The notes below the pieces were generated by a model, which saw only the letters and a program-made list of their open reading frames with translations, was not told where the DNA came from and made no database searches. The translations under genes were made by a program, and so were the position numbers. Shown in pieces: positions 25,259-38,400 of a stretch of 64,000 bases of DNA (position 1 is the first letter of the stretch; each line of letters opens with the position of its first letter). The DNA comes from Phoronis australis (Eukaryota > Animalia > Phoronida), in the NCBI GenBank assembly GCA_002633005.1, contig NMRA01000154.1:688948-752947 (forward strand). The letters are read 5' to 3'.

Positions 25259-26344
25259 CTTTACCGTGTACTAGACTAACCCGACTGTGTCAACATTTTG
25301 ATATTTATACTATTTAAACGAAGACGTCAAGTTGAAAAGCATCGATCGTCAGTTTCTTGATTGTTAAGACAGACAGGTTTCATGGGGAATTATTTGTATT
25401 ATCGAAGACGTTTCTGCTCAAGCGGAAGATGATGTCACGACAACGACTAGTAGACAGTTAGTAGCGATTATCAATAACTAACACCACTACTCAAATTACC
25501 TAACCAGTTTCAAAGATCAAGAAACTTTTGTACCGCAATTACTTATGCATGTCTGCGTATAGTAATTCAACTATTTCTTACGTATTTTAAATGCGATCTC
25601 CGTGCTTAGCGACTATAGGCTTGTCGCAAAATTCTGTAATTCCTCCGCGTCGTTATTTGTGAAAAATGTATTTTTGTTGAGAAACTAAGTACGAGACATT
25701 GCCGTGGGAGGTTCAAGTAAGCCCAAGGAGCTATACTTAGTAAATTTCCCGTCAGAGGTCAGGATACAATCTGGGCTGTGCAAGGTTAAATGCTTGAAGA
25801 GAAATAAGTACAAAAAAAAAAAATTAAGGTGTCCCAAAAACGATCAACGTCGGGAGTACACAGACTTTGCGCCATGGTGTGATCACTCCGTGGATTAAGA
25901 ACTCCTAGAGGTGTCCCGTTGAATATCGTGGACTGAGCGGTTTTGCGGGCAAAAGCAATCAATACGCTAGCCAAGTCTCCCGTCTGTTCTGCCTCCCCTC
26001 GGCATGGCTGGCACACGCCCGTGTGAAGCCATATAAAATATTTCTCTAATCTTCTATTCGCTTTTCTACCTTTCCTACGCCTGGAAATAACGAAGTAGTT
26101 CAAAGGCTTTGAATTAAAATTCCTTTTATAACACCTCTTAATGAATTTTTAATCTGTTTCTAAGTCAATAAACTACGTAATTATTGTCATTTGAAGTGTT
26201 AGACAATACATTTTGCGACACCTAATACCCTGTAGCTTTTTTCCAATTTACAATTTCCGAGAGGCTATGGCCCAAGGCATGAAAAACCTGCCTCTATTTC
26301 ATGAAAAAGATGGCTCTGTCGTAGCCAGCGACTGTGACCACATC

Positions 26345-26480
26345 ATAGTAATAATAACAATAATAATAATAGTAATAATGATAATAACAATACTAAAAAC
26401 AATAATAACACTAATAACAACAATAATAATAATAATAATAATAATAACAATAATAGCACCAATGGTAATAGTAATAGTTA
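26345..26480. repeat. (AAT/AAC)n microsatellite
   Basis: Direct reading. Confidence 0.9.
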
Positions 26481-27406
26481 TAAAAATACTCGAAATTTAG
26501 AAACCGCAACTGAGCTCAGCAAGAATTTTAACCTCAAAGTTGTTTAGGAGAGCTTATAAGTATTATTTCCTTTGTATTGAGGACACAGAACAGATTTTCT
26601 TATACCAGAGACATCGGTTAAGCATCGAAAGATCTCTTTTATTACTTTTGATTTTATCCTCATTTCTGAAGTTTATTATATGTTCGACGTCTGTCCCTTC
26701 GGTTACCATTTTGTTGATCCAAACCCGGAGTTTTAAATAAAATTGCATTTTGCCTCTCTTTAGATGTCAATATTAACCGAAGCATTATGGGGTATAAAAC
26801 ACTACCACCCTCGTCCGATCTTGATTAACATCAAATGAGGTGACAAATCAAGTCACTCCGTCAATTTCGAATCCGCACTTTTAGGCTTTATTAGCCAACC
26901 AATAAGATCTGAGGCGTTATCTCTTTTCATTCGCCGGTGGCTTCGGCGTTCTTTTTGGTAAGGGAAAAATAGTCCAATCACGGTATGAGACTGATTTTAT
27001 GAATGTAAAGGGCTTATTTTGATTTTCATATTTTTCCCAGCAGCGAAATGCAACTTTTAATTTAGACCACTCAAGTTACACAATTGACCTCAAATTAATC
27101 ATTTCTTAGATTAGAAATAATTAATTCCCGCGGTATTGCTCGATACCAAGTTCAACATGCGCCGCGGCTAAGAAGAGAACAACAACGAGTTATATTTACT
27201 AGGGTTTTGTCATGTTCCATGCCAGCCATTGCCTTGTGTACTCGCTGGCCCACAAGCATAGCGGGAGGCGGGTATTAATGAGCGGCGCTGATCCATAGTC
27301 ACATAAAGAACGCGAATAAGAATCCCCATATTGATTAACTGGACTCTAAATTTTGCACCTATCTGCTAGAGTTTCGAGCAGCGACCTTTGAATTTTCACT
27401 GCTGTG

Positions 27407-27649
27407 CATGCGCGCACTCAGCCTAAGTTATAGGGGGGCTCGGATTTTCCGGTATGCAGACCTTTTACTGAATAAAATCGTCGACTAAAAAAAACGGGGC
27501 CTTTAGGTTCAGGCCTAGGAATTGTGTACTTTGTGGACGTTTGTCTCGTTTGCTCGGACTTTTTGTTTCATTGAGGCGGACCTTTTTAACCAATTCGTCA
27601 AATTGGGGGGCTCTTTCGAGCCCCCCGAGCCCCCCTGGGTGCGCCCATG
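27407..27649. mobile_element. MITE, CATGCGCGCAC TIR family, 5-bp TSD CTGTG
   Basis: CATGCGCGCACTCAG...CTGGGTGCGCCCATG; CTGTG on both sides. Confidence 0.85.
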
Positions 27650-27757
27650 CTGTGTTTCGCTGAATAAACTACGTTTTGAGTTAGACCTAGCTAGCTTGTG
27701 GTCCACCCAGTAGCCTCGCGACATGGAACCTTTACCAAGAAGTGTCTAGTAGTCATG

Positions 27758-28013
27758 CATGCGCGCACCCAGCCTTGAAAATGGGGGTCTCGAATTTCTG
27801 TCGACGTGGACCTTTTGCTGAAAAAAAATCGTGAGGACAGAAAAAAAAAAACGGGTACCACTCTTTGTCTTTTTTAGTGAACGTTCGTCTCGTTTTATCG
27901 GACGTTTTTGTTTCTCTGGGGGGAGATCTTTTTGCCCACTTCGCCATATGCGGAGGCTCGAAGTGCGGGGGCTCCTTCGAGCCCCACGAGGCCCCCCCCT
28001 GGGTGCGCACATG
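27758..28013. mobile_element. MITE, CATGCGCGCAC TIR family
   Basis: CATGCGCGCACCCAGCC...CCCCCTGGGTGCGCACATG; highly similar to 33099-33342. Confidence 0.8.
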
Positions 28014-29309
28014 GGTAGCCTTGTTGTCGACCAGTGTCGTGCACCACTGGACAGGCTCCGGGCCACTCCGGGAATGGGCCGGGGACACTCTCGCGGCTCC
28101 TGCGGACAATTTAGACCCCGTTGTGGCAGTGGTTGCTATCTGCAGTGACAATGAGGGATAAAACGTCGACATAGTCGAGTACTCACCCGGAGCACCAGAA
28201 ACTGTGTGGACCCCGTGGCGGGAAAACTGAAAAATAGTTTGCGGACCCACTCCCGACCGGCTTCTCAGTTGAGTATAATTGTGACTGGGGCTATGGGAAG
28301 TGAGGGTGGACCTTATTTTTGAGATCATCATCTGATAGTCTTTGTGGGGACGCGTTCACTTCAAATTCAGTGAATTGATAGACTTTTGTTAAAATATTAA
28401 AATATATCCTTCCGGAGTTTCGCCAGTGTGTACGGTGATGAAGTGAATCCCCCTGAATATTTGCCAAATGAGTTATGATTTTCGAATTCGCAAAATTTAC
28501 ATGGTGGCCAGCCGCTATCATAAAGTGTGATGAGTTTTTTGAGTCGCTGAGCAAAGGTTTCGATGTTGTTTGGAAAATCAGAAATAACAGGAAACCAACT
28601 TTATTAGCTTAGAGCAACTTGACTCGTTTTTATTTTTGGCAGCTTGACTGCTGAAATGCCGACGGTTTTATCTTCGTGACAGTGGAATTAATATCAAGAC
28701 TGAATTGGAAGTTGTGTTGGCACTTTCCGTTCTAATTTCCGTGAGTACTCGAGATAAGAATCCATTATTGTTTAGTCGAGTGGGTTTACCGTATGATTTC
28801 CTCTCACACTTCACTGGCTAACCAAGCTCATTTTGTTCTTGATTACACTGAGGATCCCAGCATCTTGATAGTAAACGGCTCGCATGAAAATCATTCTATG
28901 TCCGAGGACTAGTCGAAGTTTCGAGTCATACTGGGAAATCACTGAAGTACGGGGTAATCAAGGGCGAACTCATACGTTTAAACTATAATATACTCTACCA
29001 CATAATAAGCTCCAGTTTCGTGCACAAAATTACAGGACACAAGTGGCAGAGAGGCACCGGCTCACTATAATTTTTGATTTCATGAGAAGAGTGACTCCGA
29101 GTCAGGGTTCTGAGCTATGCTGTTATTTCATATAGGCCCTATGTGAATAGTTTATCTTCGATAAAAAGCACAGTGCCATTGTTGCAAGACCTGACCTCGG
29201 CGGCTAACTATACTTTCAGTTTAATACTCCGTCACGGCTAACTGCAGGCTATACCCGGTTATTTGTTGGCTGCGGCTCCGGCGGGTACCTGGTTGTAAAA
29301 CTATCCCCT

Positions 29310-29345
29310 ATGCGGCGCCAATCGTTCATGTACGCATGCGCACTG
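29310..29345 (+). promoter_or_regulatory. Candidate UBE2Q promoter motifs (CCAAT box and NRF1-like CGCATGCGCA)
   Basis: GCCAATC at 29317-29323 and TACGCATGCGCA at 29331-29342, ~130-160 nt upstream of the ATG, in a locally CpG-rich stretch; motif match only. Confidence 0.35.
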
Positions 29346-29474
29346 TTTTGTTATTCGGCCATATTCTTTATTCTGTATTGACGAGAAGAGTGATCCTGAA
29401 TCACGCAAAATTAAGTTAACAGCGCTTGTGCTCTAGCCAGCTTTCCAATTTTCCGATGAGCAGGAGGTGATGTC

Positions 29475-32400
29475 ATGGCTTGCTTTACAAGTCTGAAGCA
29501 AGATTTAAAGAATTTGGAAAAGCTTTTTCCGCCAGGGCATGAACGATTCGAGATCACCTCTGCGTCATTGGACGAACTGACCTGTCGATTCATTTCCCCT
29601 CGAGGAGAAAAATACACAATCACTGCCAGCATAACGGTAACATGCTTCTGACTTCGATGTTTGTTCTTATTACTAAACCCAATTTGCGTGATGCTAAAAA
29701 GTTCCATTTTAACGTTTGAAAAGAAACCACAAACAATGAATATAAGAACCATTTACTCTTACTCTCGAGAGCCAGCAGCCAGTACTACTGCCGTACTGGT
29801 CCTACACTCCGACAGTATTAGTATTTACTTTAATTTAGCGAGGTTAATCTCAATCATTTTATGTTTTTTGGACGATAATAAATTGGTTCTTTAAATGACG
29901 TGACTTCCAGATGCAGGTAAAACAGGGATATACCCTATACCCAGGTTTCAAAACCCCACTCGCCAGCTGGGCGAGTGAGCCTGAAAATCTCGCCCAGCCC
30001 AAAAGACAAAGTTCAGTCGCCCAGCTGTTTTGTGTTGGGCACCACAAACTTGCTGCCAACGTCAATAAAAATTATCATTTTGTGCGTTGATATCTGATGT
30101 CACCATCTATTAGGGCTAGTATCGTTATTAGAAAATGCAGAATTCCTACCAAGAAACTTTCAACGTCCATGAATTTCCAGCAACGCAAGACATAACCTTG
30201 CCTCAAAGCTTAATGTACAGCTATGCGCCCATGTGGGTAAAAGACTGGCCAGATTCAATCTGGCACAAAATTACTGTCATTAAAAACTACACTTTTCCTT
30301 AAGTACACTAAATTACTTACTGTTGAAATTGTTGAAATAATTGGCATTCTACCGTTATTCTGCTTCTAAAATTGTGGCACTATCTTGGCATCGGCTTTCA
30401 GCACCATGAAATATTGCGTCACCCATTGGCCAATTTCTTTGTTCGCCGATTCTTCAATCAACTGTCGTTCTTTCATGAGGTTGTGTACACGTTGCAACAA
30501 ATTATCGCATATTTGGTTTCACTTTGACATTAAAAGTTTTTAATATTTTAATGCCAGCAAACCAAATTTCAGAACAAAATTTGCTATCATTTTCTCCCTA
30601 GAGATGTCGTAAAACTTTAGGAAATGGCACTTGTCATGAGCGTACTGTTTTCAAAACAACAACATAATTTTTTCTGTTACAAAAGGCAGAGAATGACACA
30701 AGAAAATGACGTTTATTAGATTATTCTTCATTTAAATGGCTGTAACGGGCAAGGTGAGTGGCGGTCAACTCCTAGATTTTGTGTGTGCCCCCCAGTCAGT
30801 CTTTAGCTCTATATGTTGATACTAGTTTCACGGCGAGGTGGCGAGCAGAACTACCCGGGCTGAGTACAATTTTGAGGACTGTCGGAGCTGAAACACAGTG
30901 GTACCTAACTGTATTTTGACAATAGTCTTCCTACAGCTAGCAGGCTGGCTACGCAAAATGATACGTCATTCTGCACAGTAACTACATTTTAATTAAAGTT
31001 GCACGCTGTCTTCTGTGCCTTGAAGCCAAGCCCGCTCTTTCTGCCAATCAGATTCAAAATCTCACCTTTTATTTTTCTCATAATCTGATATTTTCTTTTT
31101 TTTCCGTCGCAGTTTGCTTAGAAGGAGGGCTGACTCCCTCTAAAAAACTCCATAAATTATTACGCTTGACAAATGAAAATGAGAACACCCTAGACGATAG
31201 CACTGACAACCAGTCGTGCACATGTCAACGTGTGTATCACGATTCAGCCTCATGCGTAGACTAGAACAGTTTTCAAGGGATGGAAATAATACTCATTGTC
31301 TTGCCAGTGGACACACTGAGAGACGCTGTGCTGTATTGTATTGCTAAATTATATGGCTGGACCAAAGTACAGAAAAAGCCCTTGCACCTGGAAATCTCAT
31401 GGCTGCATATATGTATGATCAATCTAGCTAAAAGTTGCGATATTTTATTTTGCTAATAACGATAACAAGGACAACCACTTTATTTTTTGTGTTATCGATG
31501 TTATTATTATAAAATAATCTTGGCTAAAATTACACTGTAGAATAATTCAGTTCTAAGAAATATGGTATTTCATTTGTTGTGAGCACATGGACCTGTCTAC
31601 CGCCTTCCCCCCCCTTTTATTCGTTTTGGACTAGCCCACCTTTGCACAGGACCCACCACACATCCCACTCCCTGTGACCTTTTGTCTAGACGAATCGCAT
31701 AATGGTTAACATCTACTGACTCGGTAGGAGCACACTGCGCCGATGCTTTTTTACTGACGTAGCATCGACACGCGGACCAAACTTAACCTTAAATTCGTGA
31801 TAAAAACAGCACAGGGAGGAAAAGAAATAAATTTATTTTCATCTAGGAAACGATAGAGTGCTTTTGCGCTCTGAAAAGTCTCTCGCCACCTGGCCGACCG
31901 GCAAGTGAACTTCTACTCGCCAAGCACAATTTTTACTCGCATTGGCGACTGGGCGAGTGGCTAAGTATGTCCCTGTAAAATCGAGCAGAGGCCAGATATG
32001 TGGGGTCTTTATTCAAAGCAACACCAAACAACTGCTGAATACCTTTCTTGGCAATCATTACCAACTTAGTCCCGTGTAACTGTTTTCATTTTTGGGGGGG
32101 AGACAGAGGCCTGAATCGTGGCTTTAGTTGTGTGCGAGGCGACTTCATGATAACTTGAGGTTTTTTGCCAGATTGAGAAACAAAATCTGAGGCAGCAATG
32201 GAAACTTGCAGTTCACCAAATCAGACCTGTATCAATATTCCATCATTTTTTGTTGGTTTTCTGCCAGAAGTTTTCACTAAACGTAGATATAATGTGACAT
32301 TAAACAGACTTTACTCAAAGTTTAAGTGTGCCAGTAGGTTTTGTTTGTGTTCAGAGTCATCATTTTGGTGCTCATGTGTTGTTTGCCAGACTACCTCAAT

Positions 32401-35400
32401 GTTGAATCTATAACAATCTCTTTACACTACCACAGGATTCATACCCACAGATGGCGCCAGTATGGTTCTCTGATACGGATGATGCCCTATTGTCCTCTGC
32501 CATTGAGGAACTGTGTGATGTGATTCCAGAAAACTATAATGTAAGTAGTTTGCGACGAGTGATTCACTAGTCTTATGAAAGTGCAATTTAAAGTAAAATT
32601 TATAAGGCATTTCTTGGTTCGTGTTTGTTGTAGACTAAATAGATGGGTCCAGTTATCCGCTCACTAACAAAAACTTGCATGACACTAGTGCACTCCATGC
32701 TGAAGACTGCATTAACGCCATGCAACAATCTTAAGCTACCCTAACAAACAGGCTGTGCAGCCCACCTTTGGAACGGGATTTTGGTTGTTGTCAAAGTGAC
32801 AGCAATGTTCAGTTTGATGGATGTTTAGGACACAATTCTAAATCCAGTTGTCGAACTTGAACACTTAACATCTGATGTTGTCACTCGACTTGTACGTACT
32901 CTAACTTGGGGCTACTTGTAAGTTCTTTCGGGAACTGCGTTTTTGCACAGCACAGACAGTTTTAGATGACGCTTTAAATTTATCATAAGTTCATCTAAGT
33001 TCAAAACCGTTATTAGAACTGTAAGTTTGTTTTCTCTGTTAACTTTCAAAGAATTTGAGTCATTAGTAACAGAGTGGTGTGCAATGACAGTCATGTAACA
33101 TGCGCGCACCCAGCCGTTAATATGGGGGGCTCGAATCTCTGACAGAGTGGACCTTTTGCTACCAAAAAAAGCGTGAGGACTAAAAAAAACGGGGTACTAA
33201 CTTCAGGTCTGTGAACTGTGCCTCTGCGCCTTTTTAGAAAACTTAAGTCCCGTTTTCTTGGACTTCTTATTTCTCTGAGGCGCACCTTTTTACCCACTTT
33301 GCCAAACGAACCCACGAGCCCCCCCCCCTGGGTGCGCGCATGCATAATACACCGTACTGTCATAAGTATAACTAGCTGTGCCAAGTTTATTATTTGTTCA
33401 CTCGCAAGTTAGTCTTCATTCAAATACTTTGCTCTAGAAATGCCAACTGTTTTCCCCTAGCATATCTAATAAGGGTCAATTCAATAGCATATCTAATGAG
33501 GGTCAACTCACTAGCATATCTAATGAGGGTCAATTCACTAGCATATCTAATGAGGGTCAATTCACTAGCATATCTACTGAGGGTCAAGTCACTATCATAT
33601 CTAATGAGGGTCAATTCACTAGCATATCTAATGAGGGTCAATTCACTAGCATGTCTAATGAGGGTCAATTCACTTTTAGATATTAAAACAGATAAAAATT
33701 CTCCTGAGCACGTTGTGCGAGCTACATGACGCCTCGCCCCCTGCTGAGTTGGACTCGTTACCTGTGTTGGCCACTGGTCAGGTATGAACTTTGGTTGGGA
33801 TATTCTGTCAAATCAAAGATTCAGGCACTTTACTGGTGTTGGAAGTGACAATGATGAATGTATATATCACAGCCAATGGTGTCTTATACAGGGCTTGGAA
33901 TTTTCCTCTTAAGGGGATTTCCTCTTTTTTGGTGTCTATTTCTTCTTATTTGATTTCCACTTTCCTCTTTTTATCTCTTTTTTGTCATTATGTTGACTTA
34001 ATTCAGGCAAAAATGTTTATTTCGGTAAAATTTTACGACATAAAAAATATTTCTATCTCACAAGCTTATTTATTTGAGCCTACATGTATCTAGAGTGAGT
34101 CACACCAGCTCTTAATCAAACCAACAACCAAAAAGACCATAAACTCTTTAGTGAAACAGCTGTCTGAATGAGGGGTAAACGCTTGGTGTTTTTGTTACTA
34201 TTTCAGTTGGACAACGCTGTGACTGAGGAGATGGAGGTAGCGAGTTCTGGAGAGGAAGACGTAGATGAGTTGCATTACGAAATGGTAGAGGGTGATGTGT
34301 GAGTTGCTTTGGACATTCTCAGCGGAAGGCGTCTCGTGCACACTTTGCAGTGTTGTGACCAATTTCCATGCAACAATGTCAACAATGTGATTTTACTTGA
34401 TCCTATTGCAAAGCATTCTAAAACACTTATTATTAAGATCTATAATTCAGCGTCATGGTTATTGGTAAGGAGGCTACCAATGTGATGTAGGCTATTATAA
34501 GTATGCTGTTTGTAATTGGGTTCAGGAATAGTTTACTGCAGTTGTACATCATTTGAAATCTTACCTCCACAGACTTGTATGGTGGAAATCATGAGGCTGA
34601 CAGATAATGAAAACTGCAGTGTGGCCACTCAATTTAGGTTTATTCAACTTAGCATTTCATAAAACATAAAGATATCTCTCAAGACAACTTTCCACAAATG
34701 TAATTAATGAAAGTGTAAATTGTAAACAATTCTCATAACATAGATGAGCTGTGAGTTGGCGGTGCCTTAGTTAAAAAATTCCAATGTTGACGTTACATTC
34801 TCATGTCTCTGAAGTCCTTAAAACTTGTCTTTTGTGGGTCACTGTGAAATTATTTATCAGGCAAAGAAGAAAAACCTCTTTTTTTTGAATTTCTGGTGTT
34901 GGACAAACGAAATTGTTTGCCCAGTTGATTGACGGAACTTCACTGTTTATGAACTTTGACAGAAGGTAAAATGGGAAAATGTCTACACAGAACTTTAATT
35001 TATGATATGTTCCTGTTTTACTGATAGCTTTCGATCAATATCAAACATTTTCATCCTACACTTTCAGAGGCAACAAAGAAAAAGATGAGGTCAATGGCAT
35101 AAGTGCAGATAATTTATTGAAGCTCGAAAAACTGAAGCAGAATCAGATGCAGGACTATCTCAAGGTATGCAGCCATTGGCTGGTGGTTAGCTGGGGACAG
35201 TAGAGAGGTCATGCTTTGTGGTCAAAGGTCACTGCTAAGTGCTAAAGCCTGTGTGTGTGTGCGTGTGCGCGTGTGTGTGTGCTTTCGTGTGTGCGTGTGT
35301 GGATTTACAACAGACTATGCCTGTTTAAAAACAGTTAAATTGAAACAGGAAGCATCTTCTTTTAAGACAGTTGCGGTAATGGTCTGATATAACATGCCCG

Positions 35401-38400
35401 AATTTTGAGAACCAGTTTTCCCCACTAAATAACAGGCACCAAACTGGTTTTCAAAATGCGGGCGCATTATATTAGACTATTGCCACAATTGCCACTCTTT
35501 TCTCCACACGTATACTTTTCCTGTTCCTGTATAAAAGAGGTACTATTTCGATGAGCTGTAGTGGAACTGCGTAACAATGTAGGTGGCGCTACTGTACCCA
35601 TCCCGACTTCTCAAAAAATGATTTTAAGTCTACTGAACATAACGAAGTCATGAATTGCCAAATGTAACGATCACTTAGACTTGTTATCTGAATTTCATGT
35701 ATTTAACCACCCGAATCCTTCGTTAATTCAAACAGCACCCTCTCGTAACGGTGTTCCGTTAAGTGTACTCTCTGGGACCTGGGCAGTTACTGCAATTGAC
35801 CGTTCCTCGTTCACTGTTTTCTTGCAGTGATGCAGGTGGTGCAAAAAGGCTTCTTTATGTATTATTTGACGGGCCTTTGTCAAGAGTGTTTAAAGCCTAT
35901 CTTTAACGGTATCACATGTAAATTTGGTTCCTACAGTATGTTAAGAGCATTGGTTTGAGCCCACTAGTGCCACAAATTGCCAGATATAACGAACTATTAT
36001 TCGTATTGGCTCGCTTTTGTCTACGTCACCGCGAGAATCACCTTTTAATTCAATCAGCTGCGAATAGCACCTGCATGCAATGATGTTTTATTCAGTCCCC
36101 TATTCAATACAACCTTTTGTTGTTTGTGCTGGAATCTTGCGGTGACGCAACAGGGCACGAAAAGGCAGCTTCACTTATCATTTGATGGGCTTACACTTGC
36201 GCGATTGAACTCTCGTTTTCTTATTTTACCAAGGCTTCGCTAGGACTATCTGGTTAGCCTAATACATCTAAAGTAACAAAATTTCGTTGAAGTTAGGCTT
36301 TAAATTGTGTTGCTAAAGCTCCGTGAGGACTACAAGGACTGTCCAATTTTTCTAGACTGACAAAAATCCGTTCGAGGAAAGCTTTGAACGTCACGTCCAG
36401 CTTAATGGCCATCTCCTAGTTTTTAGTTCCACAACACTTGCCAAATATATATTATGCTTTGAATTGCGGAAATATATGGTGTACTTTAAAACTGCGTGAG
36501 CCACTACGAAAAGCAGTGTATGCTCTTGTGTCGCTTTTAAGGCTGTTGGTCAGTTCATCTGTGTTTAAAGATATGAAAAAGCAATAAGTGAAATGTTAAA
36601 TCTGGTCTTTCCACGTCAATTTTTACTTGAAAAATGTTCAAGTCTCTCCCTGAAGCTCGTTTCATTCAGTTGTGAATAGTTGCTGCAGGCACACATTTTT
36701 GTTATGTGTGTATGTGCTCTCCTGGAGAAAACCAGTTAGCACCAGTTAACATGTATGGCAAGCCAGACGGTGCAATGGTTGACACCAGGTCACATGTGTT
36801 TCTACATAGGCGGTGCAGAACGCTGAGCTATTGAATGATTCATACCAAATGCTTGTCGAAGCATCTCATCTCTTCACAATCTTTTGTTCTATCCACGTCA
36901 CTAACTTGTTCTATCCAGGTCTTGAGGCCATTTTGTAACGTGTGCTATCCATGTTTCAGGGCTCAGTGTCTGGTTCTGTCCAGGCTACAGATCGGCTGAT
37001 GAGAGAACTGCGAGATATCTACCGGTCAGACAGCTACAAAAGAGAGGGTTACGTTGTCGAACTTGTCGACGATAGCCTCTATGACTGGATAGTCAAATTA
37101 AAAAAGCAAGTACCAATTACATGACTAAACAAGATACATGAGTGATCTATTGTTGGCGAGATTCTCACTAGGGAAATATGTATCACTTCTCCATCAACAA
37201 CTCCACCTGTTGGTTAAAGTCTATCTTGAGCAGTAACAAGTGTAAATTTGGTTCCTACAGAATTATAAGAGAATCGCCATGAGCCCACTAGTTCCGTAAA
37301 TTGTCAAATGTAACGAACTGTTAGGTGGATTGGCTTGCTTTTGTCTATGTCACCTCGAGAATCACCTTTTAATTCAAACTGCTGCAAATAACACCTGCAC
37401 GCAATAGTGTTCTATTCACACCTCTATTCAATTTAACTGGTTTTGGCCTTTTGTTGTTTTGCCTGGGATCTCGCGGTGACGCAACATGACACGAAAAGGC
37501 AACTTCACCAATCATTTGACAAGCCTTCCTTTGCGTGATTGAACTCTCGTTTTCTTATTTTGCAAGGGCTTTGCTAGAACTACCTACTATAGTTAAGCCA
37601 ATAAGCCTAAAATAACAAAGTTCCGTTGAAATTAGGCTTTAAGTCACAAGTTATGGTGAATTTCTGTCGATCCATTGCATAAATTGCTTATATGCCTTGT
37701 GTCTTGTTTTGCCTTGCGCGGTTTTTGAAGGTAATTGCTTCTGTTGTAAGGATCTTGTGTGTCAACCACTTTAACTATTGCATGTATGTGAGAAAACCAA
37801 TATTTTTGGGGTTTACACAAAAAAACAAGATGAACCCAAATTTATTTTCTCAAGCAGGTCATTGTGTTGGCTCGGCGAGAAAAGAAAATCTCCATGGCTG
37901 TATGCGTAATTAATAATGTCTAGAGGAGCATTAATTAAACATTAAATATCATTGAAATATATTTGAGATGATCAATGGGTAGTTTTTGTAAATGTGACCC
38001 TGAAAAGGTTGTCTCAGGCCTGTGTAAGCTGGTTGCATCCCAGTCATGCTGGTCATTTAAAGCTTATTTCGTTATTTTCCAGAGTGGACCCAGACAGTCC
38101 ATTGTACAGTGATCTCCGGGTGCTGCAAGAAAAGGAGGGCCGAGACTATATAGCTTTAAATATTCAGTTTATGGTACTGGTCACGTGTGATGGAATGTCT
38201 TGATTGTAGTGCACCCACATATGTTTATGTCGTCATCTCTGTCCGTTCTGTGTGCAATGCTATATCTCCAAATCCCTTTGGTGTATTTTCATTAAATTTT
38301 CCAGACAAGTCCCTTTCATGGATGGGATGACAGGATCGAAATTTCAAACAAATTTGACTAGCAAAGTATCCCCTATTGGCAGTTTTAGTTTTTTATGTTC

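Noticed and set aside
26213-26500. Poly-Ile 'membrane protein' ORF
   Set aside because: Translation of an (AAT)n microsatellite.
30370-30520. Transposase remnant inside the 2-kb hAT-like element
   Set aside because: Only a vague W-x3-(F/Y)-x-W resemblance that requires a frameshift; unsupported without a profile search.
33394-33729. ORFs with LAYLMRVNS / ELTLIRYAS repeats, and a CRISPR-like look
   Set aside because: Translation of an intronic 27-bp tandem repeat; units are contiguous with no unique spacers, eukaryotic context, no cas genes.
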